The translations under genes and the position numbers were made by a program. A model generated the notes under the pieces. It had not been told where the DNA came from and did not search any database. It worked only from the letters and a program-made list of their open reading frames with translations. Shown piece after piece: positions 8,462-18,158 of a stretch of 44,882 bases of DNA. Source of the stretch: Deltaproteobacteria bacterium (GTDB lineage: Bacteria; Bdellovibrionota_F; JAHFAK01). The stretch covers positions 1 through 44,882 of the forward strand of contig JAHFAK010000004.1 in NCBI GenBank assembly GCA_023250585.1. Reading direction: 5' to 3'. Position 1 is the stretch's first letter, and every line of letters starts with the position of its first letter.

Positions 8462-11197
8462 ATGGCTAAAATAACAATTAATAGTATTGCGGATAAATAT
8501 AATATTGATCCATCGGTTATTATAAAAATCGCACAGGATTTTAAAATCGATGTAAAGAATGAAAAGAGCTCTATATCTGATATACAAATTAAAAAGATTG
8601 AACGAAAACTTGAGCAGATACAAGAAAGTATTCGTCAAATTACCGGTAAAACTTCTAAGAAAGTCGAAAAAGAAAGAACTGAAGTTGCCGTAAAAACAGA
8701 TAGTGCTTCTCCTCATCGCAAGATAATCAGAAAAAAGTCAGCTTCATCAATTGATACTTCTTTGGTCAAAGCAGAAGAAAATACAATCCAGGAAGTAGGC
8801 CCTTCTCAGGGAGAACTAAAGACTATAGCTGATCTTGATGAAGAGGGATTAAAGCTAACAGAGCAACGAGTTCAAACCTCGGTTATTCGTCGACGGAAAC
8901 GAACAGCTGAAGACATTGAAAAAGAAAAAGCGCACTTTGAAGAAATCCAGGAAGAAATTAAAAAAGAAGATACCAAGAAAGCAGCAGAAAAAATTCCTAC
9001 TTCTGTAGCAAAGCCTTCTCAAGAAATTGCGCCATCAAAGAAGGTTAAAGAAAAAGAAACAAAAGCTAAAGAGAAGAAAGAGACGAGGCTTCGCTTAGAG
9101 GACTTACAAAAGGAAGAAAAAATTTCTACTAAACCAAAAGAGACCGTATCCGTAGTGATTGAATATTCAGGCCCTGAAAAAGAAGAGGTGGACGATAAGA
9201 GCAGGCAAAATCAACTCGATACTGTTGATTCGACAAAAGGTCCTGTATTGTATGACGATGAAAGTGTAAAATTTGATAAATTTAGCGCTGAACAAAAGAA
9301 GATACGGGAGACCTTCCGTCCTGACAAAGGATATCGCGGGCAACAGGGTGAAAGAAAAGTCCGAGAACATTATATTCCAATAGCACGAAAGCATAAATCT
9401 AAGAAAAAAACCATTGGGAAGACCATGATGACAACTCCTAAGGCTTCCAAACGCGTTATAAAGATGTATAACACAATTGTTGTTGGTGAGCTAGCAAAAG
9501 GTCTTCAGGTAAAAGCTAATGAAGTTATTAAAAAACTCTTCGATATGGGAGTAATGGTAACAATTAATCAGTCGATAGATTTTGATACTGCTTCTATTAT
9601 TACCTCTCTTTATAATTATGAAGTAGAAAACGCAACGTTTACCGAACAAGATATTTTAACTACATCTGAAGATAATAAAGAAGATTTAGTCCCGCGTCCT
9701 CCTGTTGTTACGGTTATGGGACACGTAGATCACGGCAAAACGTCTCTTTTAGATTATATTAGAAAAACAAATGTTACTGCGCATGAACAAGGTGGAATCA
9801 CTCAGCATATTGGAGCATACACTGTTACGGTTAATAATAACAAAGAAATTACTTTTATCGATACTCCCGGACACGCAGCTTTTACTTCACTGAGAGCACG
9901 TGGAGTACGTATTACGGATATTGTTATTCTTGTTGTTGCAGCCGATGATGGCATTATGCCTCAAACACGAGAAGCGATTGATCATGCAAAGGCCGCAAAG
10001 GTTCCTATTATCGTTGCTGTCAATAAAATTGATTTACCCAATGCAAATTCTGAACGTGTGAAACAAGGACTAACCGAGTTTGGTCTTGTTCCAGAAGCCT
10101 GGGGAGGAGATGTGCAGATCTGTGAAATTTCTGCAAAAACAGGAATGGGGATCCCGGAGCTTCTTGAATCAATTTTATTACAAGCTGAAGTTCTCGAACT
10201 AAAAGCAAACCCAAAACGAAATGCAGAAGGTGTTATTATTGAATCAAAACTTGATAAAGGACGCGGTCCCGTAGCGACAGTTCTTGTTCGCAATGGTACG
10301 CTGAAAGTTGGAGATAATTTCGTTGTTGGTTCATTGTATAGCAAGATTCGAGCCTTACTCAATGACAAACACTCAAATGTTCCAGAAGCTTTACCAGGAA
10401 TACCCGTTGAAGTGCTGGGACTTCCTGATGTTCCGAATGCGGGAGATATTCTGTCGGTTACTTCTGATGAAAAGTCTGCCAAAACAATAGCTATGCATCG
10501 TTCTAATCAGAATAAAGATGCGAATATCGTTAAAAAAGTTGGAGTCAGCCTTGATGAAATCTATCAAAAAATTGAAGAAGGAAAAATCAAGGATCTTAAT
10601 ATTATTATTAAAGCAGATACGCAAGGTTCGGCAGAAGCATTAGTAAAATCCTATAATGAGCTTTCAACGGATAAAGTAAAAATAAATATTGTTCACACCG
10701 GAGTAGGAGGAATTACGGAATCTGATGTTCTTCTTGCTCAAGCATCCAATGCTCTCATAGTTGGTTTTAATGTTCGACCAGATTCAAAAGCAAAAAACGT
10801 TGGTGAGCAACAGAAAATTGATATTCGGCTTTATGGAATTATTTACGATGCAATTAATGGTATTAAAGAAGCGTTACGTGGTGCGGTTGAACCAGTGAAA
10901 AAAGAAGAAGTAATCGGTCATGTAGAAGTTCGGGATATATTTACTATTCCTAAAATTGGTGTTGTTGCTGGTGGATTTGTACAAGATGGCCGTATTTTAC
11001 GCAGCAGCTTTGTACGACTCATTCGTGATAGTATTGTTATTTATGAAGGAACGCTTCAATCTCTTCGGCGTTTTAAAGATGATGTTCGTGAAGTAGCTGC
11101 GGGATATGAATGTGGAGTTACTATACAAAATTACAACGATCTGAAAGTAGGAGATGTAATCGAATCGTATACGATTAAAGAAGTTCGGGAATTATAA
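8462..11197 (+). CDS. infB: Translation initiation factor IF-2
   Basis: RPPVVTVMGHVDHGKTSLLD, GGITQHIGAY, DTPGHAAF, SLRRFKDDVREV; ATG at 8462 preferred over GTG at 8444. Confidence 0.98.
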   Translation: MAKITINSIADKYNIDPSVIIKIAQDFKIDVKNEKSSISDIQIKKIERKLEQIQESIRQITGKTSKKVEKERTEVAVKTDSASPHRKIIRKKSASSIDTSLVKAEENTIQEVGPSQGELKTIADLDEEGLKLTEQRVQTSVIRRRKRTAEDIEKEKAHFEEIQEEIKKEDTKKAAEKIPTSVAKPSQEIAPSKKVKEKETKAKEKKETRLRLEDLQKEEKISTKPKETVSVVIEYSGPEKEEVDDKSRQNQLDTVDSTKGPVLYDDESVKFDKFSAEQKKIRETFRPDKGYRGQQGERKVREHYIPIARKHKSKKKTIGKTMMTTPKASKRVIKMYNTIVVGELAKGLQVKANEVIKKLFDMGVMVTINQSIDFDTASIITSLYNYEVENATFTEQDILTTSEDNKEDLVPRPPVVTVMGHVDHGKTSLLDYIRKTNVTAHEQGGITQHIGAYTVTVNNNKEITFIDTPGHAAFTSLRARGVRITDIVILVVAADDGIMPQTREAIDHAKAAKVPIIVAVNKIDLPNANSERVKQGLTEFGLVPEAWGGDVQICEISAKTGMGIPELLESILLQAEVLELKANPKRNAEGVIIESKLDKGRGPVATVLVRNGTLKVGDNFVVGSLYSKIRALLNDKHSNVPEALPGIPVEVLGLPDVPNAGDILSVTSDEKSAKTIAMHRSNQNKDANIVKKVGVSLDEIYQKIEEGKIKDLNIIIKADTQGSAEALVKSYNELSTDKVKINIVHTGVGGITESDVLLAQASNALIVGFNVRPDSKAKNVGEQQKIDIRLYGIIYDAINGIKEALRGAVEPVKKEEVIGHVEVRDIFTIPKIGVVAGGFVQDGRILRSSFVRLIRDSIVIYEGTLQSLRRFKDDVREVAAGYECGVTIQNYNDLKVGDVIESYTIKEVREL

Positions 11198-11487
11198 TGG
11201 TTATTGGGGTTTTACGACTGAGCATACGTTTTCATGGAAATAGCTCTTTAAAAGGAAAACAAAGTAAGATCAACAAACTCAAAACTCAAGTACGCAATAA
11301 ATTTAATATTTCGATTGCAGATATCTCTGAAGATGAAACCGACGTTGAATTAGCCGATATTGGAATGGCAATTGTTAATAATGACGGCTCATATGTAAAT
11401 AAAATTCTTGATCATGTGATAAATGAAGTAGAATCATTGTGCATTGGTGATCTTCTGAAACATGAATTCGAAATAATAAATGTGTAA
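11197..11487 (+). CDS. DUF503 (YlxP-like) protein
   Basis: SLKGK...RNKFNISIA motif; canonical position between infB and rbfA. Confidence 0.8.
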   Translation: MVIGVLRLSIRFHGNSSLKGKQSKINKLKTQVRNKFNISIADISEDETDVELADIGMAIVNNDGSYVNKILDHVINEVESLCIGDLLKHEFEIINV

Positions 11488-11504
11488 TGTAACTGATATA
11501 ATGT

Positions 11505-11864
11505 ATGGCTATGAGATCAAATACAAATAGAACAGAACGAGTTAGATATGAATTAAAACGATTTATCGCTTTGCTGTTACAAACTGAGATTAAAGACCCT
11601 CGCGTTAATTTGGTAAGTATCACTGAATGTGTTGTCTCAAAAGATCTCAAATATGCAAAAATTTACTTTACTGTTATTGGTGATAAAGCTAGGGTTGAAG
11701 CAGCACTCGCGGGTTTAAATAGTGCTCGAGGATTTATTAAAAAAAGAATAGGCGAGAGCTTAGAATTGCGTCATACACCAGCTTTGACTTTTTATTATGA
11801 TAGTTCGGTTGAATATGGAGTAAACATTGATCAACTCTTACATAAGGTGAGTCATGAAAAGTAA
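11505..11864 (+). CDS. rbfA: Ribosome-binding factor A
   Basis: RTERV, IKDPRV, VSKDLKYAKIY, LRHTPALTFYYD. Confidence 0.95.
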   Translation: MAMRSNTNRTERVRYELKRFIALLLQTEIKDPRVNLVSITECVVSKDLKYAKIYFTVIGDKARVEAALAGLNSARGFIKKRIGESLELRHTPALTFYYDSSVEYGVNIDQLLHKVSHEK

Positions 11865-12822
11865 AGAATTAGTCCTAGCCGATATTAAAAAAGCCATTCA
11901 AAATAGTAAGCATGCCGTTATAGCGTCTCATAAAAATCCTGAAATAGATTGTATTGCTTCTGCGGTTGTTGTTTCGTTGATTTTTGACAGCTTAAAAAAA
12001 AATTATACGCTCTATAATCCTGATGTCTTACCTTATAATTGTGGATATTTAAAAAATTCTGAAAAATTTAAAAGAGCTCTTCCAAAAGAATACGATCTTG
12101 TTATTGTAGTTGACTGTGGTGAAATTGAGAGAATCGGCGAGGCACATAAAGTAATCCAAGCAAGTAGTGCGACCGTTATTAATATTGATCATCATTTAAC
12201 CAATACAAATTTTGGTCATGTTAACTATGTGGAACCGCAAGCTGCGGCTACATCAGAAGTACTATATGATGTCATGAAACTATTTCCTGAATCGCTTACG
12301 AGAGACATGGCTATAGCTATTTATAGTTCTCTCATGGCTGATACGGGGTCCTTTCGATACTCCAGTACATCGGAAAGAACCTTTGTCCTTGCTGCTGAAA
12401 TGCTCAAAGTTGGAATTAATTCATGGGATGTTTCGGAGAAAATTTATGAAAATCAGCCGCTCAGCAGAATTAAATTAATTCAACTCGCTTTAGGGACCTT
12501 AGCTATAGATAAGTCTAAAAAAATTGGTTCGATTTTAGTGAGCCGCGCTATGATGAAAAAAACAAAAGTAACGTCTGCAGAATGCGATGGACTGATCAAT
12601 TACCCTCGTTCCATTCAAGGTGTAGAGGTTGCTTTGCAATATAGAGAACTTGAGAAAGATCTCTATAAAGTTAGCTTCCGTTCAAAAGGTAAAGTCAATG
12701 TAGCAGAAATTGCTCAATCTTTTGGAGGAGGCGGTCACCGTAATGCTTCGGGTTGTGAACTCAAAGGCTCGCTCGACTCGATAAAAAAGAAACTACTGAA
12801 AGCAATAAAAGAAAAACTTTAA
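11854..12822 (+). CDS. nrnA: DHH/DHHA1 phosphoesterase (NrnA-like oligoribonuclease)
   Basis: SHKNPEID, VVDC, NIDHH, DTGSF, SFRS, GGGGHRNASG. Confidence 0.88.
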   Translation: MKSKELVLADIKKAIQNSKHAVIASHKNPEIDCIASAVVVSLIFDSLKKNYTLYNPDVLPYNCGYLKNSEKFKRALPKEYDLVIVVDCGEIERIGEAHKVIQASSATVINIDHHLTNTNFGHVNYVEPQAAATSEVLYDVMKLFPESLTRDMAIAIYSSLMADTGSFRYSSTSERTFVLAAEMLKVGINSWDVSEKIYENQPLSRIKLIQLALGTLAIDKSKKIGSILVSRAMMKKTKVTSAECDGLINYPRSIQGVEVALQYRELEKDLYKVSFRSKGKVNVAEIAQSFGGGGHRNASGCELKGSLDSIKKKLLKAIKEKL

Positions 12823-12881
12823 AAGGACTTGAGACATGGGAACGAATTCTTCTGCTCGTGTCTCATGCCTTCTTCATTCGT

Positions 12882-13772
12882 ATGCTCCACGGTGTATTAA
12901 ACATACATAAACCAAAGGATTGTACTTCATATGATGTTATTCGTAGTCTTAAAAAAATTCTTCCTCCAAAAACTAAAATAGGTCATGCGGGAACTCTTGA
13001 TCCTCTCGCCGAAGGTGTTTTACCTGTGTGCATTGGTGAAGCAACTAAGATTGTTCCCTATTTACAAAGTGATGATAAAATATATCGTGCTACACTTCTT
13101 TTCGGAAAAGAGACGGATACCCAAGATATTAGTGGGCAGATAATTAATACAAAAAGTATTTCGAACATCACCTCTGCAAAAATCAGTAATATTCTTCCGC
13201 AATTTTTAGGAGAACAACTTCAAATTCCACCGATGTTTTCTGCAGTTAAGAAAAATGGGATTCCTCTGTATAAGCTTGCACGAATGGGTAAAACGATCGA
13301 ACGACAATCACGAAAAGTGATGATTTATAGCATAGAGATAAATCGCATTGATTTACCATCAGTTGTCCTTACTATTTATTGCTCAAAAGGAACGTACATC
13401 CGAACCCTTGCTGATACTATGGGAAAGGCATTAGAAAACTATGCGTGTTTGTCGGAATTGGTAAGGCAGAGGTGTGGAGTATTTACTCTCGACCGTGCTG
13501 TATCTCTCGAGTTATTGAACCGGAATAATTATATGGATTATATTATTCCGCTTGCTTCATCGTTAGAGGGATTTCCCTCTCTTATCGTTTCCGAGAGTGA
13601 CGAAGCGTTCATGCGTAAAACAGGATTAATTCCAAACGATCTCGGCATCGTATGCATTCCTGACCTCATTAAAATTGTAAATGAGTCAAATAATTTGATT
13701 TGTCTAGCTTCGAAGAAGCACGACACTCTACGCATAGAAAGATTATTTAATCTTACAACCCAAACGTCTTAA
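12882..13772 (+). CDS. truB: tRNA pseudouridine(55) synthase TruB
   Basis: KIGHAGTLDPLAEGVL, PPMFSAVK, CSKGTYIRTL; ATG at 12882 preferred. Confidence 0.96.
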   Translation: MLHGVLNIHKPKDCTSYDVIRSLKKILPPKTKIGHAGTLDPLAEGVLPVCIGEATKIVPYLQSDDKIYRATLLFGKETDTQDISGQIINTKSISNITSAKISNILPQFLGEQLQIPPMFSAVKKNGIPLYKLARMGKTIERQSRKVMIYSIEINRIDLPSVVLTIYCSKGTYIRTLADTMGKALENYACLSELVRQRCGVFTLDRAVSLELLNRNNYMDYIIPLASSLEGFPSLIVSESDEAFMRKTGLIPNDLGIVCIPDLIKIVNESNNLICLASKKHDTLRIERLFNLTTQTS

Positions 13773-14877
13773 CTTTTTTCTTAGTATTTTTTGTAAATTC
13801 AGGGTTTAGCTTGCTTGCTTTATTAAGATAAAATTCTGCTTGAGAGTCCTTTTTTTGATATTCATAAATTTTACTCATATTGTAGTATGCTGTCGATATA
13901 AGTGAAGTGCTTTTTGTTATTTTTGTTACCTTGATATAATGAGATAAAGCTTGAGAAGCATATTCGCTCTTCTTTTTTAATTGATACTGATAGAGATATC
14001 CTAAATTCAGATGAGCAATAGCATAATCTTTATGGATCTCAAGCGCTTTTTTGAGCATAGTTTCGGCTTGATCATATTCTTTTTTTTCGCGGTGCCCGCG
14101 AGCAATAAATATTTTGGCTATAAGATTATTGGGATATTTGTTTTCAATCTTGGCGGCGTATTCAAGGAGTTTGTTGGGATTTTTTTCTACTAAATAGACA
14201 AAACAGAGGCAAAGATACGAGGCATATTCAGTAAAATGTGCTTTCCCGATAGCGTTGAGAATTCTTTTTATTCCTTGATTTTTAACATCTTCAAAAAAAG
14301 GCAGGAAGGAATATTTTTCACTTAATTTAGATCTGAAGTATTCATAAAGCCCTATTCCCAGATCAGCTTCGTAAAGCGTCGGATCAAGTTCTTTCGCTTT
14401 TTGAATATGTGTTAAGCCTGTGTATCCCTTTTTGATTACGTCCCACCAACTTTTTTTGCGAGCTTCGAGTAATCCATCAAGACCGTAGCTAGATCCCGAA
14501 ATGAGATAAATCCACGCATCCGCTTTTCCAGAATCAATTTTTTTTTTGATTATTTCTTGCGCTTCTTTTGCTACTTTTCGATATTCTTTTTCAAATGCAA
14601 AATCTTCTTCTTCGACCATTCTCATTTGATAAAGCGCGCTTTGTCCAAATTTTCCCATGGGCGAGTTGGGGTCAATCTTTTCTAGCGCTTTAAAATCCTC
14701 GAGCGCTTCTTCGTACTTTCGATCAAAAAGGTTATCTATTGCACTCATGAGCCTTTTTTCATATTCTTCAGAGTAATAGATATTGTTTTTTATATTTTGC
14801 GCAGAGAAAAGAGGAGATTCAAAAAGCAGTATACTAAAAAACAAAATAGTGATATGAGCGAACCTCATTGGTACCAT
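13753..14877 (-). CDS. Secreted TPR-repeat protein
   Basis: Signal peptide; helical repeats of the A..LG..Y...A...L.P type. Confidence 0.75.
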   Translation of the reverse strand: MVPMRFAHITILFFSILLFESPLFSAQNIKNNIYYSEEYEKRLMSAIDNLFDRKYEEALEDFKALEKIDPNSPMGKFGQSALYQMRMVEEEDFAFEKEYRKVAKEAQEIIKKKIDSGKADAWIYLISGSSYGLDGLLEARKKSWWDVIKKGYTGLTHIQKAKELDPTLYEADLGIGLYEYFRSKLSEKYSFLPFFEDVKNQGIKRILNAIGKAHFTEYASYLCLCFVYLVEKNPNKLLEYAAKIENKYPNNLIAKIFIARGHREKKEYDQAETMLKKALEIHKDYAIAHLNLGYLYQYQLKKKSEYASQALSHYIKVTKITKSTSLISTAYYNMSKIYEYQKKDSQAEFYLNKASKLNPEFTKNTKKKVKTFGL

Positions 14878-14922
14878 ACGAGTATCTTTATAGAATTTAT
14901 TAAAAATTGAAAGGAAAATTTC

Positions 14923-15639
14923 GTGAGTTCAGCAATTATATTAGCAGCAGGTAAGAGTACACGTATGCAATCGGAGCTGAATAAACATTTGCACATGCTT
15001 CATGACAAAACTGTTTTACAACACATTGTGGATACAGTGCAAAGTGTGGTTGATGAACGTATTATTATTGTCGTTGGTTATCAAAAGGAAAAAATCAAAA
15101 AATCTCTAAAAACATTTCCTCATCTTATATTTGTTCATCAAAAAGAGCAGTTAGGCACGGGGCATGCGGTTCGTGTATGCAAAGATGTATTGAATGGTCT
15201 GAAGGGATCCACGTTCATTCTTCCCGGTGATACTCCTTTAATTAAACCACACACATTACAAAAAATGAAAAAAAAATTTACTGAAACTAAATCTTTGATA
15301 ACTCTTTTGGTAGCTTGTGTGCATGAACCAGGTTCGTATGGACGAATTATTCTCAATGAAGCAGGAAATGTTGAGAAAATTGTCGAAGCACGAGATGCAA
15401 CAAAAGATGAATTAGCGATTAATGTGATTAACTCTGGTATATATTTGGCAGATATATCTTTTCTTTTTCAGGCGCTCGAAAATATTACGAATGCGAATGA
15501 GCAACGAGAATATTATTTGACCGATATTGTTGCCGTAGCAGCTCAACAAAAAAGAGTTTCGTGTCTGGTTGTTGATGACGAAAATGAGATTATTGGTATT
15601 AATACCATGAAAGATCTCGAAAGAGTGAAAAATTTATGA
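14923..15639 (+). CDS. GlmU-like nucleotidyltransferase (N-terminal uridyltransferase domain only)
   Basis: ILAAGKSTRM, QLGTGHAV, GDTPLI, YGRII, INSGIY, EYYLTD, GINT; ends at 238 aa with no LbH domain. Confidence 0.85.
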   Translation: MSSAIILAAGKSTRMQSELNKHLHMLHDKTVLQHIVDTVQSVVDERIIIVVGYQKEKIKKSLKTFPHLIFVHQKEQLGTGHAVRVCKDVLNGLKGSTFILPGDTPLIKPHTLQKMKKKFTETKSLITLLVACVHEPGSYGRIILNEAGNVEKIVEARDATKDELAINVINSGIYLADISFLFQALENITNANEQREYYLTDIVAVAAQQKRVSCLVVDDENEIIGINTMKDLERVKNL

Positions 15640-16859
15640 AACAAAGAATATTTCTAGCTCTAGGTTTTATAACTATGTGTGCAATAACTGCGTTTGCTAC
15701 AGGAGAAGCTGTCCATGGAGTGAATTATTCTTTTGCCATTTTTACAACAATTTCAATCGTTTTTGCAGCACTGATTATTGGTTGGGCAACAGAAGCAGCA
15801 CAATTTTATATTTCACAAGGATTAGCTCTTGCAATTTTGGCGTGGATGCAGACGCTTCCTGAATTTGCAGTTGAAGCAGTGTTAGCATGGAATCAAGAAC
15901 GAGAGCTTATGATTGCGAATTTTACAGGATCGTTACGGCTTTTTGCTGGAGTTGGATATCCACTTGTTTTTTTCACTGCATGTATATCGCACTACATTAA
16001 GACAAAAGAAATTAAAAAAGAAATTATCTTTGATCATGAACATTGGGTAGAGGTTTTATCGTTTATTCCCCCATTAACCTATTTTCTCTTTATTTATGTG
16101 AAAGGATCATTGAGTGTCCTTGATGGAATAATTTTGATTTCGTTTTATGCTATTTATTTATTCCTGCTCTCCCGTATTTCTCCAAAAGATGAGGAAGAAA
16201 CTGAGGATTTGGCTTTTGTCGCGCGTACAATCGTGAAGATGAAACCTCGGAATAGAAATGTATCTATTGTACTGCTTTTTTTCATTGGAGGTGGAATCAT
16301 TTTCTTTGTCGCTCATCCGTTTATTGAAGGTATGAAGATGCTTGCCTTTAGTTTCGGTGTGTCGAGTTTTGTTTTTATTCAGTGGTTTGCTCCCTTTGTT
16401 TCTGAATTTCCGGAAAAGATAACCGCATTTAATTGGGCAAGAAAAGTAAAAAAAGCTCCAATTGGAATTATGAATTTTATTTCAAGTAGTGTAAATCAAT
16501 GGACTGTACTTACGGGAATGCTTCCGATGATATATAATATAAGCCTTGGTCGACTTGAGCCGCTTCAATTAACAATGCTTCAGAAGAATGAAATTTTGCT
16601 TACCATTGTTCAAGGCATTTTAGCCTTTTTATTATTGATTGAATTACGTCTTACATTTTATGGGACAGCGGTACTTTTTATTTTATGGTTTATACAATTT
16701 ATATATCCCTCTATTCACTCTGAAATAACGTTGGTGTATCTGGTGTTTATTTTAATCGAAGTAATAAAAATTTCTTATAGACGAAAAATGCCTGCTGCCT
16801 TTTATGGTGCAGCTAAAGCTTCATTGCTGGGATCTGATTCATCGACGCCATTAAAATAA
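15636..16859 (+). CDS. Cation:calcium exchanger (CaCA/Na-Ca exchanger family) membrane protein
   Basis: Two alpha-repeats TLPEFAVE and SEFPEK, multiple TM helices; ATGA overlap with the upstream gene. Confidence 0.8.
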   Translation: MKQRIFLALGFITMCAITAFATGEAVHGVNYSFAIFTTISIVFAALIIGWATEAAQFYISQGLALAILAWMQTLPEFAVEAVLAWNQERELMIANFTGSLRLFAGVGYPLVFFTACISHYIKTKEIKKEIIFDHEHWVEVLSFIPPLTYFLFIYVKGSLSVLDGIILISFYAIYLFLLSRISPKDEEETEDLAFVARTIVKMKPRNRNVSIVLLFFIGGGIIFFVAHPFIEGMKMLAFSFGVSSFVFIQWFAPFVSEFPEKITAFNWARKVKKAPIGIMNFISSSVNQWTVLTGMLPMIYNISLGRLEPLQLTMLQKNEILLTIVQGILAFLLLIELRLTFYGTAVLFILWFIQFIYPSIHSEITLVYLVFILIEVIKISYRRKMPAAFYGAAKASLLGSDSSTPLK

Positions 16860-17215
16860 GTGATGTAATACGTATATTGTGTGCCTTGGGTAATATTCGT
16901 ATCGCTATATGAAGTGCTGTCTTTACTCACTTGAACATATGCTTGTCCTTCTTCTGCCTCGTCTGTTTCATCGGTTTTGAACAATGGAATACGATAAAGA
17001 TTATAACCCGAAATAAGATTTAATGGCATGTCTTCAAGGGGAGTCCAACTTAATGTTACGCTTCCATTTTCTGCAGAGGCGCTTAGTTGTAAATCTATTT
17101 TACTTGCATCATAGAGAGGATTGTCAGGATCAAAGGGACTTGCCGTGGCATCATATTTTTCTTCAAAGCCACACGATAGTATGCATAAAGATATAAGTAC
17201 TAATATCGGCTTCAT
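16802..17215 (-). CDS. Fibronectin type III-domain lipoprotein
   Basis: Lipobox ILSC; VTLSW...GYNLYR...SYSD...YTYYI...ESDPSNE. Confidence 0.75.
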   Translation of the reverse strand: MKPILVLISLCILSCGFEEKYDATASPFDPDNPLYDASKIDLQLSASAENGSVTLSWTPLEDMPLNLISGYNLYRIPLFKTDETDEAEEGQAYVQVSKDSTSYSDTNITQGTQYTYYITYFNGVDESDPSNEALAAP

Positions 17216-17219
17216 GGGG

Positions 17220-17918
17220 TTAGTAATTATAATACGTTAAATATATTGCCTTACGTAAAAGGAAAAAACTTAATTTTGCTTCTGCTTTAATTTTTTTTAC
17301 TCTGAAATATTCATACAGCGTAAGGCCTCCGCTGATTGATCCTAGTCCCAGAAGACTATATGAAACGGTTTTTGATACATTTGAATACGTAACAAACTCA
17401 TTAGCTTTCTTGAGGCTTGTGTCGATTGATTCTTGCGATAACAATAAACGAGAATCAACCATATCGTTGTATGCTTTTTCTTTAAAATAGTAAGAGGCAC
17501 CAAAGGCAATCGCGCTTAAACTCAACGAACTAATGCTTCCAATTTTAAGAATATTATATAATGTATGTGAGGACTTATATTCCTTATAAATAGGGCGATA
17601 TTCTAAAGTAGGTTTATACGTATTTACAGTGCTTTCTTTAATTTCGATTTCTTGTTCAAATGGTTTTGTCCACAAGTTCTCGATTTTCATAAGATATTTC
17701 CCCGGTTTAATCCCTTCAATCTTAATAGGCGTTACGTCGATACGTTCTCCATTTAAATATAAGAGCGAATGTGCTTCTTGCGGCTCGACTTCCAAAGTTG
17801 TGGTCCTATTCCATTGAATTATATCCGGTGATGAGGGGACCTTTTTGCCAGACTCGCTATTTTCTTGAGCCGCAAGAGAGAGACTAAAAAATATGAAAAT
17901 CACAATAGATAGTTTCAT
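17220..17918 (-). CDS. PEGA-domain membrane/secreted protein
   Basis: Signal peptide; LYLNG...TPIKIEGIKPGKY motif; two C-terminal hydrophobic segments. Confidence 0.7.
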   Translation of the reverse strand: MKLSIVIFIFFSLSLAAQENSESGKKVPSSPDIIQWNRTTTLEVEPQEAHSLLYLNGERIDVTPIKIEGIKPGKYLMKIENLWTKPFEQEIEIKESTVNTYKPTLEYRPIYKEYKSSHTLYNILKIGSISSLSLSAIAFGASYYFKEKAYNDMVDSRLLLSQESIDTSLKKANEFVTYSNVSKTVSYSLLGLGSISGGLTLYEYFRVKKIKAEAKLSFFLLRKAIYLTYYNY

Positions 17919-18066
17919 GCTTCTTTTAGTATATCATAAAATTTATACTTTGCAATAATAAAAGTTTATTTAAGCTGTTTATTTTTTAACATATTGATTC
18001 TAATTACTATTTTACTGTGAGCTTTCTCACTGAATTTTAAAAGCTATTAGAGTACTATAAAGTATA

Positions 18067-18095
18067 TTGCTTTTAGTTATTATTTGTGTTATAAT
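18067..18095 (+). promoter_or_regulatory. sigma-70 promoter with extended -10
   Basis: TTGCTT, 17 nt, TGnTATAAT upstream of 18159. Confidence 0.6.
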
Positions 18096-18158
18096 TATAA
18101 ATGGAGAATTATACGACCTTAAACATTTTACCTCTGCAGTGAGGGTAAGGGGAAGGCA

